The notes under the pieces are model-generated. The model was not told the DNA's origin. It did not search any database and saw nothing but the letters and a program-made list of their open reading frames with translations. A stretch of 64,000 bases of DNA from a virus: IMG/VR virus record IMGVR_UViG_3300046821_000134, positions 16,153 through 80,152 of that record; one strand, 5' to 3'. The translations under genes and the position numbers were made by a program. Positions 1 to 9,554 of this stretch are shown piece by piece (the first letter of the stretch is position 1; each line of letters begins with the position of its first letter).

Positions 1-205
1 CGGCAAGGCTGGGTATCGGGATAAGTGGCTGAGTTTTCGGTGATGACTTTTTGTTAGTCTGATCTTCACAGTATATCGTGGGCTACGTCCTCTGCAATGA
101 GCCTGTAGGAAGTGGATTGAGAGTTCCATAAACATTGCGGATTGTTGTTGATAGGTCTCAGCCTTGATATGACCACATTCTGGCTCCGGGGATGATACGG
201 AAAAG

Positions 206-271
206 GAAATGCAAAGACACTGCTCCTGCCCTCTGCCTATACGGCTTTGGGTAGGGGCATCTTTGCATTTC
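206..271. repeat. long inverted repeat/hairpin in non-coding region
   Basis: GAAATGCAAAGA (206-217) and TCTTTGCATTTC (260-271) are exact reverse complements and enclose a second imperfect stem. Confidence 0.85.
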
Positions 272-312
272 TTTCACCAAAGATGATATGTAAAGTAATG
301 ATTATAAAGAAC

Positions 313-330
313 TATTAAGTATACTTAATA
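313..330. repeat. perfect 18-bp AT-rich palindrome
   Basis: TATTAAGTATACTTAATA is its own reverse complement. Confidence 0.9.
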
Positions 331-357
331 AGTAAACAATAAAGAGTTTCTTAAAGG

Positions 358-385
358 TTGACAAACAAGAAAAAGAAGATAGAAT
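358..385 (+). promoter_or_regulatory. sigma70-type promoter
   Basis: TTGACA-N16-TAGAAT. Confidence 0.7.
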
Positions 386-418
386 GGGTACATGCCTTAA
401 CGAAGAAGGGATTTCCCA

Positions 419-646
419 ATGACCCTCCAACAACACCAAGCCTTACGTGCCTCTCTCCAGCAGAGAGGGTTTTCCTCATTACAATCCTATCGTGACAGCT
501 TGTGTGCTCAGTACGGGCTGTCTGAAGACACAGCAGCATTCTATTTTAGTTGTTGCACAACGCCAGATGATGTGCTAACATGGATACATGAGATTATGAT
601 TCAGCACATGATTAACTGGAAAGTAAAGGAGAAGAATAATGGCTAA
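419..646 (+). CDS. hypothetical protein
   Basis: 75 aa ORF downstream of a promoter, overlapping the next gene. Confidence 0.55.
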   Translation: MTLQQHQALRASLQQRGFSSLQSYRDSLCAQYGLSEDTAAFYFSCCTTPDDVLTWIHEIMIQHMINWKVKEKNNG

Positions 647-1229
647 ATTCAAGGTCGGTGATAAGGTGAGGTGTGTTGAGGCAGAAGACTGCGACTACGA
701 GATTGTCGAAGGAGAGGTTTACACTGTCACCGACACGCATGAAAAAGGCGTTGAAATTGGAGGAGAGTTTAAACGTTTGGGGTGTTTCTTCAAGCCAAAT
801 CGCTTCGAGCTTGTAGAAGAAGCCCCTGTCGATGCCAAGCCGCCAACATTTGATCTTCGGAACACAAAGATCGATGTGAAAGCCTATTCTAAGAAGCACG
901 GGATTACGCTGGAAAAGGCGCACGAAGAGATTCAAAGTTGGTTGCTTGAGAATGGTGCTAGCTGGGACGTGTACCCAGAGCATGGCATCCGTAATGACGA
1001 AGCTGAAGCCCTGTTTGTTAATAGATTTCTACATCTTAGTTATTACTATGAAGTTGATCTTAACTTCTATGCAATGTACACAGAAAAAGAAATCACCCTC
1101 TCTCGCCAAGTGGTGCTCACCCCGTCTTATGTTGAAGAAGAGCTTGTAGAGTTTTGCGGGAAGATGTATAATAAGCGAGAGTTCTTGTCTGCTATTGCTA
1201 ATGTGAAGGAGAAAACAAATGAGTGTTAA
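639..1229 (+). CDS. hypothetical phage protein
   Basis: 196 aa, AAGGAG RBS, FKVGDKVR-type N-terminus common in phage proteins. Confidence 0.8.
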   Translation: MAKFKVGDKVRCVEAEDCDYEIVEGEVYTVTDTHEKGVEIGGEFKRLGCFFKPNRFELVEEAPVDAKPPTFDLRNTKIDVKAYSKKHGITLEKAHEEIQSWLLENGASWDVYPEHGIRNDEAEALFVNRFLHLSYYYEVDLNFYAMYTEKEITLSRQVVLTPSYVEEELVEFCGKMYNKREFLSAIANVKEKTNEC

Positions 1230-1830
1230 CAAACAGAAGAAACTTGCTGACAAGATTCTTGATAAATTGTTTCTTATTGACCCCTACTCAATTGTAGCAG
1301 GCGGGGCACCCCGTGATTGGCATTTTGGAGAGATGGCTACCGATATCGATGTGTTTTTCTGTGTTGGAAGAACCGCCACCCGCGGTACAGTAGAACAGAT
1401 GTTATCTTGCTTCCTCCCCGAGCCAGATAGTTTTGTAAGTGAGGATGATCTCCCGGTCTCGTACGAGAAAAACAGCGCGCTACGTTGCGTCAGGAGCTAT
1501 ACTGTTGAGGAAACAAGTGTTCAGTTGATTGAGCTGCACACCCCCTCTTTTGATATTGTTGGCACATTCCCAGTAAATATGTCTAAGGTTTGGTACAAAA
1601 ATGGAAGAATAACTCTTGAAAGAGATTTTATGATCGGAGAGAAAACAAAGCTCCTGTATCTTACAAATCCTTTGTATGCAAAGGCGGATAAGTATGTGAA
1701 GAAAATTACTGAGAAGTTTGTAGTAGGCAAGGGGTATAGCTGGTGTCAAACCAGAGAGTTTGCTGAAGAGCGCCTGATCAAAGAAGCGCTAGGCTATAAC
1801 ATTACTGGTAACGAAGGAGAAAACAAATGA
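1219..1830 (+). CDS. nucleotidyltransferase (poly(A) polymerase/CCA-adding head domain-like)
   Basis: AGGAPRD...DIDVF signature of class II nucleotidyltransferases; head domain only (203 aa). Confidence 0.8.
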   Translation: MSVNKQKKLADKILDKLFLIDPYSIVAGGAPRDWHFGEMATDIDVFFCVGRTATRGTVEQMLSCFLPEPDSFVSEDDLPVSYEKNSALRCVRSYTVEETSVQLIELHTPSFDIVGTFPVNMSKVWYKNGRITLERDFMIGEKTKLLYLTNPLYAKADKYVKKITEKFVVGKGYSWCQTREFAEERLIKEALGYNITGNEGENK

Positions 1831-2204
1831 ATGAAACACTGCAAAAAACGCTTGCCGTAATGATTGAGAAGGCCATCTCTGGGATTGACACAGCCACAAA
1901 TTTCCTTGCTGCTGAGATTCCTGATGTGATTCATCAGTTGTTGATGTGGAATCTGACATATAGTTTTTTAAAAGCATCCCTCTGTTTTGCGATTGTTGTC
2001 GCTATTGTGTATTTTGCCTACCATGGCGAGAAGAAACTACACGCCGAGGGGGATCATGTATCAAAAGGATATCCTACATTTGTTGCAGCAGTTCTTATTG
2101 CAGGGCCTTTTTGTGGGTTGTGTTCTTCAGTTACAGAAGCATTGAAGATTTGGATTGCCCCTAAAGTGTGGTTGATTGAATATGCAGTAGAGTTGGTGAA
2201 GTGA
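1827..2204 (+). CDS. hypothetical membrane protein
   Basis: two hydrophobic segments, strong RBS, ATGA overlap. Confidence 0.8.
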   Translation: MNETLQKTLAVMIEKAISGIDTATNFLAAEIPDVIHQLLMWNLTYSFLKASLCFAIVVAIVYFAYHGEKKLHAEGDHVSKGYPTFVAAVLIAGPFCGLCSSVTEALKIWIAPKVWLIEYAVELVK

Positions 2205-2205
2205 T

Positions 2206-2436
2206 ATGGAATACAGACTCCCTAACTGGGACACTACGTTTGATGTCAACGACTTCTACGCAGCATGGGATGCCTTGAGTGTTCCATTTGAGAAAATGGG
2301 ATTCAAACTGGTTTCTTACAGCCCGGGGCTTTGTTTCTCTTATGGACAGTATGGGAGAACGTTTGAGATTCCTGCTTGTGTGGCGGCTATTATTGTAGAA
2401 AGATTACAGGGTGTTGTGGATGTGAAGGAGGGGTGA
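2206..2436 (+). CDS. hypothetical protein
   Basis: 76 aa, tightly packed in the operon. Confidence 0.7.
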   Translation: MEYRLPNWDTTFDVNDFYAAWDALSVPFEKMGFKLVSYSPGLCFSYGQYGRTFEIPACVAAIIVERLQGVVDVKEG

Positions 2437-3110
2437 TGGCAAAAGACTCTGGATTGCGTAAAGGCGACAGATTTGGAAGACTTGTGGTTGATTCATGGGT
2501 GAAAGAGAAGCAAGGATGGAGGTGCTTCTGTGATTGCGGTAGTGTTGTTTTTAAACCAGCCAGCCACCTAAAATGTGGGAGTGTCCTATCTTGTGGATGC
2601 TATCGCAAGGAGTGTGATACCTTTAATGGCGGAACAATGTCTTACGAGTTCTCCTCCTTTATAGCAATGCACTCCAGAGCTGGCGATAAGCTCCAAGAAG
2701 GAAGGGTTAAGAGACAATACTACGACCAAGGAATAAGAGTTTGTGAAAGGTGGAGTTACTCCCTTGAAGGCTTTCAGAATTTTATTACTGATCTTGGAGA
2801 AAGACCGGAAGACTACACACTGGAAAGGAAAAATACAAATCTTGGTTACTGCCCTGAAAATTGTTGTTGGGAAACTAAAACAAACCAAGCATTTAACAGA
2901 ACAAAATTCAGGAACAACAAGTCTGGAGTAACAGGTGTATCGTTCGACAAGAGTAAAGATAAATGGGTTGCATATATCCATAAGAATAAGGTAAAGTATC
3001 TACTCGGGTGTTTCAATTCTTTTGAGGATGCAGTTTCAGCCAGAAAATCTGCAGAACTTGAAATTTATCCTGAGAAGATTCAGGACTATATTAGCACACA
3101 GGGGGAATAA
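2436..3110 (+). CDS. HNH homing endonuclease with C-terminal AP2 DNA-binding domain
   Basis: CxCDCG, SCGC, LERKNTNLGYCPENCCW, then NNKSGVTGV...LGCF..FEDAV.ARK.AE (AP2); start taken at the ATG overlapping the upstream TGA. Confidence 0.85.
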   Translation: MAKDSGLRKGDRFGRLVVDSWVKEKQGWRCFCDCGSVVFKPASHLKCGSVLSCGCYRKECDTFNGGTMSYEFSSFIAMHSRAGDKLQEGRVKRQYYDQGIRVCERWSYSLEGFQNFITDLGERPEDYTLERKNTNLGYCPENCCWETKTNQAFNRTKFRNNKSGVTGVSFDKSKDKWVAYIHKNKVKYLLGCFNSFEDAVSARKSAELEIYPEKIQDYISTQGE

Positions 3111-5215
3111 TGGAAGGCTACGTGTTCGATCTAGAGGGGGACAATCTGTACTTGGGTTGTAAGAAGATTTGGTATGGGAATTTCAAATCATTAGACGGCA
3201 CACGTTCCCTTTCAGTTCATCCGTTCCAAGAAGGAAACGAAGAAGCACAAGGTAAGATTTTGGAGTGGATTCATAGCTTCTCTGACAAAGCCTTGTGTTG
3301 CTCCTTTAATGGTTTATCTTACGACCACTTTGTCTTGTGGAGACTTCTGGGCCTTAAACCAACTGTTGGTAAAGGTGGTAAGGATTATTTTGCAGATAAA
3401 GAAGTTATATTTTTTGATGCTTTCTACAATGCTCAGTTTCTTAATCCGAACTTGCCAGAGTTCTCTCTTGCTGCGTTGTCGCGTGGATCAAGTGCAGAGA
3501 AGATTGATTATCGTGAAAGGCTTGTTCAAGCAGGAGCAATGATTGGAAATGAGGTCAAGGGTTTCGAATTTTCTTTCTACAATCCTTTAATGGATGAATA
3601 CTGCGACGCAGACGTTGAAGCAACACGCGTACTTGTTTTGAAACAACTTGCTGAGCTTAAAGAGTTATATGGGGATGTTCGCCCCCCATCGCTGAGAATG
3701 GGTACAAAAGCCCAATTCCTCATGAAAGCCCAAGAACACACAGGGCACGGCTTTGATGAAAAATTGGCAGCAGAGGTAATGATCAGTTTGAACAAGGACA
3801 TGGAAGAACTTGAGTCAGAGGTTCTCCCTAAGCTTCCGCCACGCCCTTTGAAGAAAGGGGAGGAAGCAGAGTACTCAATGCCCGCAAAACCTTACAAGAA
3901 GGATGGGTCTTTTAGTAGTCATATGGAGAACTTCATTTCCAAGCACTCCGGTGTGGTTAAGTCTAAAGACACTGTTGAGTTCTTCGGTAAGGACTATAAG
4001 GTTGAGGCAAAGAAGATTTTAGATATAAAGCTTCCAATGGTTATTGGGGATCAACAGCATTTCAAAGAGTGGCTTCTCAGTCAAGGGTGGGTGCCTACTT
4101 TCTATAATTTTCAACGTGGCCCAGATGGTAAGCCTGTTAGGGACGACAAAGGTAACTACATCGAAACATCTCCGAAGTTGCAGGAACAAGGGGTGATCTG
4201 CCCAAATCTTCTTGAATTAGAGGGCGACGTAGTTAAGGAGGTTGTTAAGTTTTTATCTTTAAGGAATCGCAGGTCTGTGCTGCAAGGTTGGTTGGATAAT
4301 CCCCGTCTAAAATACGATGGAAGACTGCCAACAGCTTCCTCAAAAATTGCCAACTCTCACAGGCAATGTCACGCAGTGGTTTGTAATGTTCCTCGTGCTG
4401 GGGGTCAGAGTCTGTATGGGGACGAGTTTAGGAGCCTGTTTTGTGCAGAGGGAGAGAACCTTATCGCTGCTGCTGATGCAAGTGGGCTAGAGCAGCGTGT
4501 TGCTGGACACATGACTTTTAAGTATGATGAAGGCAAGTACGCGGAGGAGTTGCTGAAAGGGGATGTACACTCCAAGGTTGCATTTGCAATGTTTGAAAGA
4601 GAACTGGCTGCCTTAGGGTTCTCCCCAGACAAGTTTGACAAAGAGGACAGAAGATTTAAGCCATTTAGAAGCAAAGCTAAAACAGCAGGATATGCTATAC
4701 TGTATGGTTGTTCCCCAGCAAAGCTAGCCAAAACCCTCAACAAACCAGATAAGGACGGAAAACGCCTGCACAAAGCATTCTGGGACGCAAATCCCGCAAT
4801 GGCGCAGTTGGTTGAGAATATTGGAAAGTATTGGGAAACAAAAGGTAAAAAGACATTTGTGCCTGCTGTGGACGGTAGGTTGCTGAGAACTCGTTCAAAG
4901 CATTCTCTTTTAAATAATATCCTACAGAGTTTGGGGGCAATCGTAATGGACTTAGCTTGTTGTTTCATGGATGCAAAACTTGGTGAAATGTTTATTGATG
5001 AACTTGGGAGACCATATTACCTGTACAAAGGCAAACAGGTCAGGCGTGTCGTCTACTATCACGACGAGTATTCTTTTGAGTGTGCCCCAGAGGTAGCGGA
5101 GGAAGTGAAGAAAATGGCAGAAAACAGCATTGCTGAAGCTGGAAGATTCTTTAAACTAAACGTAGAGTTGGCTGGAGAGGGGAAGGTGGGTAAATCATGG
5201 CAAGCGGTGCATTGA
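3110..5215 (+). CDS. polA: family A DNA polymerase with 3'-5' exonuclease (T7-like)
   Basis: ExoI FDLEGD, ExoII FNGLSYD, ExoIII YCDAD; motif A ADASGLEQR, motif B RSKAKTAGYAILYG, motif C YHDE. Confidence 0.95.
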   Translation: MEGYVFDLEGDNLYLGCKKIWYGNFKSLDGTRSLSVHPFQEGNEEAQGKILEWIHSFSDKALCCSFNGLSYDHFVLWRLLGLKPTVGKGGKDYFADKEVIFFDAFYNAQFLNPNLPEFSLAALSRGSSAEKIDYRERLVQAGAMIGNEVKGFEFSFYNPLMDEYCDADVEATRVLVLKQLAELKELYGDVRPPSLRMGTKAQFLMKAQEHTGHGFDEKLAAEVMISLNKDMEELESEVLPKLPPRPLKKGEEAEYSMPAKPYKKDGSFSSHMENFISKHSGVVKSKDTVEFFGKDYKVEAKKILDIKLPMVIGDQQHFKEWLLSQGWVPTFYNFQRGPDGKPVRDDKGNYIETSPKLQEQGVICPNLLELEGDVVKEVVKFLSLRNRRSVLQGWLDNPRLKYDGRLPTASSKIANSHRQCHAVVCNVPRAGGQSLYGDEFRSLFCAEGENLIAAADASGLEQRVAGHMTFKYDEGKYAEELLKGDVHSKVAFAMFERELAALGFSPDKFDKEDRRFKPFRSKAKTAGYAILYGCSPAKLAKTLNKPDKDGKRLHKAFWDANPAMAQLVENIGKYWETKGKKTFVPAVDGRLLRTRSKHSLLNNILQSLGAIVMDLACCFMDAKLGEMFIDELGRPYYLYKGKQVRRVVYYHDEYSFECAPEVAEEVKKMAENSIAEAGRFFKLNVELAGEGKVGKSWQAVH

Positions 5216-5297
5216 TTAATGAAGGGCAATAAAACGATGTTGTCAGCCAGCACCACAACACAAAATTATCCGCCTGCCCACTGATGAAAGGATAACC

Positions 5298-5978
5298 ATG
5301 ACCGAAGAACTAACAGAACCCCCAGACATCCCCGCCCACTCAGCAGGACAGTCTTTAGACAACTTCCCGCAGCCCTTCCTTGATAGCTTCCATGAGGAAG
5401 ACTCAATATATCGTGGCCTGTCCATCCGGGAGCAACTAAGGCTTGGGAAGCTCCGCAGGGGCAACAAGAAACCCCCTGCAGCCATCCTGCAGCGGTTGAA
5501 GAAGGCTACAGACGTCGACTACGGCAGAATCCTTGCCCATTGCACCAAGGCAATCCTCATGGCTTTTGAACGCAGCGATGTGTATAGGATAGATCGTATC
5601 AACATCTACATTAGAGTGTATTTCAAGTACCGCCTGCTGTTCAACAAGGGATGGCCCAAGGGGCGTGTTGTGTCAGCAGATGATTGGAGTGTTACAATTC
5701 AATATAAGGCTGATGGGATTGTTGACTACCTGCACAAGATTGGAAAATCCTATTACGATTCAAAATCTCTTAGGAAGGCTGTGCATGCAATCCGCAGGGA
5801 ATCAGATCATCTTGATTGGCTGGAAGACTTCTCGATTGACTTGTGTTACACTGAGGGCGTTAATGATGTTGTAACACGCTGGAAGCGTGAAGACGGGCGC
5901 AAAGGGAATGCAAAGAATTTCACTAAGAATGTTGACAAGATAGTGAAAAAAGAGGATAATGCTGTTTTGGAGATATAG
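5298..5978 (+). CDS. hypothetical protein
   Basis: 226 aa ORF with AAGGA RBS. Confidence 0.7.
   Translation: MTEELTEPPDIPAHSAGQSLDNFPQPFLDSFHEEDSIYRGLSIREQLRLGKLRRGNKKPPAAILQRLKKATDVDYGRILAHCTKAILMAFERSDVYRIDRINIYIRVYFKYRLLFNKGWPKGRVVSADDWSVTIQYKADGIVDYLHKIGKSYYDSKSLRKAVHAIRRESDHLDWLEDFSIDLCYTEGVNDVVTRWKREDGRKGNAKNFTKNVDKIVKKEDNAVLEI
5932..5960 (+). promoter_or_regulatory. sigma70-type promoter
   Basis: TTGACA-N17-GATAAT upstream of the SSB-like gene. Confidence 0.7.
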
Positions 5979-6078
5979 GGTAGCACAATACCCTACAACA
6001 GAAGCAAGTGCATTGTGCAAGTTAATCTGGTGATGCGGCACCTTATCCGCTTAATTTCAACTTAGAAGGAGAAACATT

Positions 6079-7080
6079 ATGGCATTTGATACTTATGGTG
6101 AAAAGCAAAACGATAACACTTCTGCGACCAAAATTGATTGGGATGCTCTGCAGATGTACACTGTGACAACAGCAAATCTACAGCAACGAGAAACCCTTGT
6201 AGGGTATATCGCCGGTATTGTAGATTTGGGCACACAAGCCTTGGAGGATGCAGAAGTACAGTTTGATGGTTCTCCTGAGAAAGAAGCAGAAATCATTGCA
6301 GATAAGCCCAACACATATTTCAAGGATGGGATTGATCCTGTTTCCAAGAAACCTGTGCGGCTCAAATGTTGGCCTCAAGACCCTGCACAGTGTGTAACAC
6401 TGGCGATTGATTTCCCAGATGTCATGTTGGACAAGGGGCAGTTCTTCGGAGATGAAGATGCTGAACCTAAGCCTCTTCGTTTGTGGCTTGGCGGTCAGTT
6501 CTACCTGAAGGATGTAGGTATGGTGGTAGGTCGTCCTATTCCACTTAAGTTTGGCAACATTGCTCCGAAAGGTAGTAAGGCTGTGTGGAGCTTTAAGCCT
6601 AATCACACACTCTACAAAATGGCTGTGGGTGCTAAACTGGTGGAAGCAGGTAAGCCGTTTATGCCGAAGGATATCGACAGTTTGATTGGAGTTGCTCTCC
6701 AGTTTGAAGCCCAAGTGTTCTTCAAGGAGAATAAAGGTAAGCAGTATTACAATGAGTATGTAGCATACAAGACTGGCCTTGGTCGTGGTCAAGTGGCTCC
6801 TACCCCTGTTACTCCTGCGTTTATGATTCAGATGAACAAGACTAACGTGAAGGAAGCTGTTGCAGAGCTTCGCTCTCATGTTATCAATACAGTGAAGCGA
6901 GCAAGCAACTATCCGGGGTCTGTGTTGGAGAAGGAGCTGAATGAGCTTCGTCCTCCGAAGCAAGAAGATAATCCACAAGAGCAGGGTGAAGCTCCGAAGG
7001 CTGAGACTAAGAAGGTTGTTGCTCCAAAGAAAGTGGTAGCTCCTGTGGTAGATGATTTCGATGACCAAACTCCGTTTTAA
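6079..7080 (+). CDS. putative ssDNA-binding/recombination protein
   Basis: 333 aa; low-complexity linker and acidic tail ending DDFDDQTPF; lies between polymerase and exonuclease; own promoter and terminator. Confidence 0.6.
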   Translation: MAFDTYGEKQNDNTSATKIDWDALQMYTVTTANLQQRETLVGYIAGIVDLGTQALEDAEVQFDGSPEKEAEIIADKPNTYFKDGIDPVSKKPVRLKCWPQDPAQCVTLAIDFPDVMLDKGQFFGDEDAEPKPLRLWLGGQFYLKDVGMVVGRPIPLKFGNIAPKGSKAVWSFKPNHTLYKMAVGAKLVEAGKPFMPKDIDSLIGVALQFEAQVFFKENKGKQYYNEYVAYKTGLGRGQVAPTPVTPAFMIQMNKTNVKEAVAELRSHVINTVKRASNYPGSVLEKELNELRPPKQEDNPQEQGEAPKAETKKVVAPKKVVAPVVDDFDDQTPF

Positions 7081-7092
7081 GTAATTAACAAC

Positions 7093-7121
7093 GCCCTCCC
7101 CGGAAGGGGAGGGCTCTTTAT
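7093..7121 (+). terminator. intrinsic terminator
   Basis: GCCCTCCCC-GGAA-GGGGAGGGC followed by TCTTTAT. Confidence 0.8.
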
Positions 7122-7133
7122 CAGGAATCACCA

Positions 7134-7628
7134 ATGAAGAAATGTAAGCAATGTGGAGCACTACTCCCTTTATCAGAGTACTATGACACAAAGGCAGGGA
7201 AGTTCAGTAAGTGCAAAGAGTGTGTTAGAGAAAATGTTAAGAAAAACAGGGCAGATAAAGAAGAGTACTACAAAGCTTATGATAGAAATCGCCCTGACAA
7301 AGAAGAACGTAATAAAGCCACATTAGATCGACAAAAGACTCCAGAAGGAAAACAGGCACACAATAAGCGGAATAAAGAGTGGGCGGACAGGAATACTAAA
7401 CAACGGGCAGCAAATTATGCCGTATCTAATGCAGTTCGCGACGGAGTGCTGAAGAAGCTCCCCTGCTTCGTATGTGGAGATCTAGAGGTTGAAGGGCACC
7501 ACCCTGATTATGACACACCTCTCGATGTTGTCTGGCTATGTACTGCACACCATAAAGAGATTCACAGGAAATACGATGCAGACAAGGACGCTCGTATTTT
7601 GTTCGAGAAGGTAAGAAGGGAGGGATAA
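7134..7628 (+). CDS. HNH-family endonuclease
   Basis: N-terminal CxxC..CKEC, C-terminal CFVCG...EGHHPDY..PLDVVWLC..HH..IH. Confidence 0.75.
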   Translation: MKKCKQCGALLPLSEYYDTKAGKFSKCKECVRENVKKNRADKEEYYKAYDRNRPDKEERNKATLDRQKTPEGKQAHNKRNKEWADRNTKQRAANYAVSNAVRDGVLKKLPCFVCGDLEVEGHHPDYDTPLDVVWLCTAHHKEIHRKYDADKDARILFEKVRREG

Positions 7629-8668
7629 TGCCACAACTTGTATTTGATTATGACCCTCTACTGTATTCCTGCGGTCCTCTGGCAGAAGAGCGTTATGTTC
7701 TCGTAGAGAACAAATCAACAAAGGAGCAGTGGAAAGTAAAGAGCCGTACTGAGTGGTACGGACACTGGAAGAAGAAACAAGGAGGAATGCTCGCAGAGAT
7801 TAACAAGGGTGCTCTGAGCCCTCTTGACCCTGAGGGTGACTTCACCTACACAGATGTGCAGGAGCCTACAAAATTCAAATGGGCAACAAACGGGGTAGAT
7901 GCCTATATTGAGCGTATCTGTGCTCACCTTGGCTCGGCGGACTATTACGGATACATTGGCAAGGGGAAAGTGTTTAGGCATGATATTGCTACATTGCATC
8001 CTTACAAGCATGGGCGAGATGATGCTATCAAACCATTGTTCATCAACGAGCTTCGGGAGTATCTGTTAAAGCGCCACAACGCAGAGTTGGCGTCTAAGTT
8101 GGAGTCGGACGACAGGGTTGTGATGGACTCACATATCGCTTTCAAGGAATGGAAACAAGGGAAGAGAGAACCCTTAATTGTTGTAGGCGTTGACAAGGAT
8201 TACAGATGCGGCCCAATCCACTTGTACAATCCCAACGAAGATACGCTTGATACAATTGATGGGTTTGGTAAGTTATGGGTGCAGACAAACGTATCAGCCT
8301 CGGGTGTTCAAACTCGCCAAGTGAAAGGTGAAGGACGTATCTGGCTGGTGCATCAAGTCCTCAGCTCTGATGATGCTGACACGTACTACGCTAACTCTGG
8401 ATGCCTTGAGAAGAAGTGGGGAGAGATGTCATCGTATAAACTGCTGTGCGAGTGCAAGAACGATAAGGAGGCGTTTGAGGCACTAAAGCAAGGCTATGTT
8501 CATCTGTACCCAGAGCCTAAGCAATTCACAAACTGGAGAGAGGATACCTTTGAGATTGATTGGTTATACTGCGCCAATGAGAACTTCCAGCTGGCAAGAA
8601 TGCGTCGTTTTGAAGAGGATGAGTTTCACTTAAGTGCTGTACTTGACAAACTCGGAATAACATACTAA
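7628..8668 (+). CDS. 5'-3' exonuclease (T7 gp6/flap endonuclease-like)
   Basis: FDYD, FRH.IAT...YK.GR, ESDD, DKD, SDDAD acidic motifs. Confidence 0.85.
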   Translation: MPQLVFDYDPLLYSCGPLAEERYVLVENKSTKEQWKVKSRTEWYGHWKKKQGGMLAEINKGALSPLDPEGDFTYTDVQEPTKFKWATNGVDAYIERICAHLGSADYYGYIGKGKVFRHDIATLHPYKHGRDDAIKPLFINELREYLLKRHNAELASKLESDDRVVMDSHIAFKEWKQGKREPLIVVGVDKDYRCGPIHLYNPNEDTLDTIDGFGKLWVQTNVSASGVQTRQVKGEGRIWLVHQVLSSDDADTYYANSGCLEKKWGEMSSYKLLCECKNDKEAFEALKQGYVHLYPEPKQFTNWREDTFEIDWLYCANENFQLARMRRFEEDEFHLSAVLDKLGITY

Positions 8669-8678
8669 GGAGAAACAA

Positions 8679-8966
8679 ATGGAAAAACTAACACTCGTAA
8701 TTGGTGCTTTGTTAGGCGCTGTCGCTCTCGGAGCGTTGTATGCTTTCACAGGGACTCTTCTTTGGTGGTGGTTTATTTACCCGCTCATCGGAATCGGAGC
8801 TCCGTCTCTTGTTACAATGTATGGGCTGTTCATGTTTGTTAGCCTATTCAACGGGAGTACTCCTGATAACAAAGAGGGCACAGATATAAAATCCAAGGTA
8901 GTATACTCTGTAGTTAAACCCTGTATTCTTCTCTTATTTGGCTTCATTCTGAGAGGGTTTGTGTGA
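8679..8966 (+). CDS. hypothetical membrane protein
   Basis: three hydrophobic segments, AAGGAG RBS. Confidence 0.8.
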   Translation: MEKLTLVIGALLGAVALGALYAFTGTLLWWWFIYPLIGIGAPSLVTMYGLFMFVSLFNGSTPDNKEGTDIKSKVVYSVVKPCILLLFGFILRGFV

Positions 8967-8981
8967 GCAACAAGGACATCT

Positions 8982-9542
8982 ATGAGTAAACTGAAAGAGA
9001 TGTTGGAGTGTGTTCCTTCTGTATGGAAAACTGAAGCAGCCTTCTGGGCATGGGTAAAGGGAGGCATTAGGAAATCCCTGTGGAACAGACACCCGGTAAA
9101 AATTTCCTTCACACGAGAACGGAGATTGAAAATCCCCAATCCTAATCCAAGGGGAAAGGCAAAGGAAGTGTGGGGTGGTAGGTGCGAGATATGTGGAGAT
9201 CTTTTTGTTGAATCGCAGCTTCAATGTGACCACAAGAGCGAAGAAACTGCACACTTGACAAAGCAAGAACACTTGCAGGGATGCTTCGAGAAGCTGTGTA
9301 TTATCGTACCAGACGATTTACGATGGGTTTGTAAGGGATGCCACTCTATTCACAGCTACTCGCAGAAATCTGGATTATCTTTTGAACAAGCAGCCCTTGA
9401 AAAGCAAGTGATATCCTTCAAGAAGAATTCAGCTACCAAGCAAAAGGAAATATTGACAGAACTTGGAATTGAGGGTATAATGCTTACAACATCTGAGAAG
9501 CGAGCAAATGCTTATCGTGAGCATCTTAACCGTGCAATTTGA
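8982..9542 (+). CDS. HNH-fold endonuclease (possible resolvase)
   Basis: CEICG...QCDH...LRWVCKGCH. Confidence 0.7.
   Translation: MSKLKEMLECVPSVWKTEAAFWAWVKGGIRKSLWNRHPVKISFTRERRLKIPNPNPRGKAKEVWGGRCEICGDLFVESQLQCDHKSEETAHLTKQEHLQGCFEKLCIIVPDDLRWVCKGCHSIHSYSQKSGLSFEQAALEKQVISFKKNSATKQKEILTELGIEGIMLTTSEKRANAYREHLNRAI
9453..9481 (+). promoter_or_regulatory. consensus sigma70 promoter inside the upstream CDS
   Basis: TTGACA-N17-TATAAT. Confidence 0.8.
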
Positions 9543-9554
9543 AAGGAGCCGCCA

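Noticed and set aside
6178-7191. 337-aa antisense ORF (also 4405-4968, 26438-27034, 30700-31305, 62986-63630)
   Set aside because: Shadow ORFs opposite well-supported genes, with no RBS or motifs.
8643-8666. TTGACA...CATACT promoter
   Set aside because: The spacer is only 12 bp.
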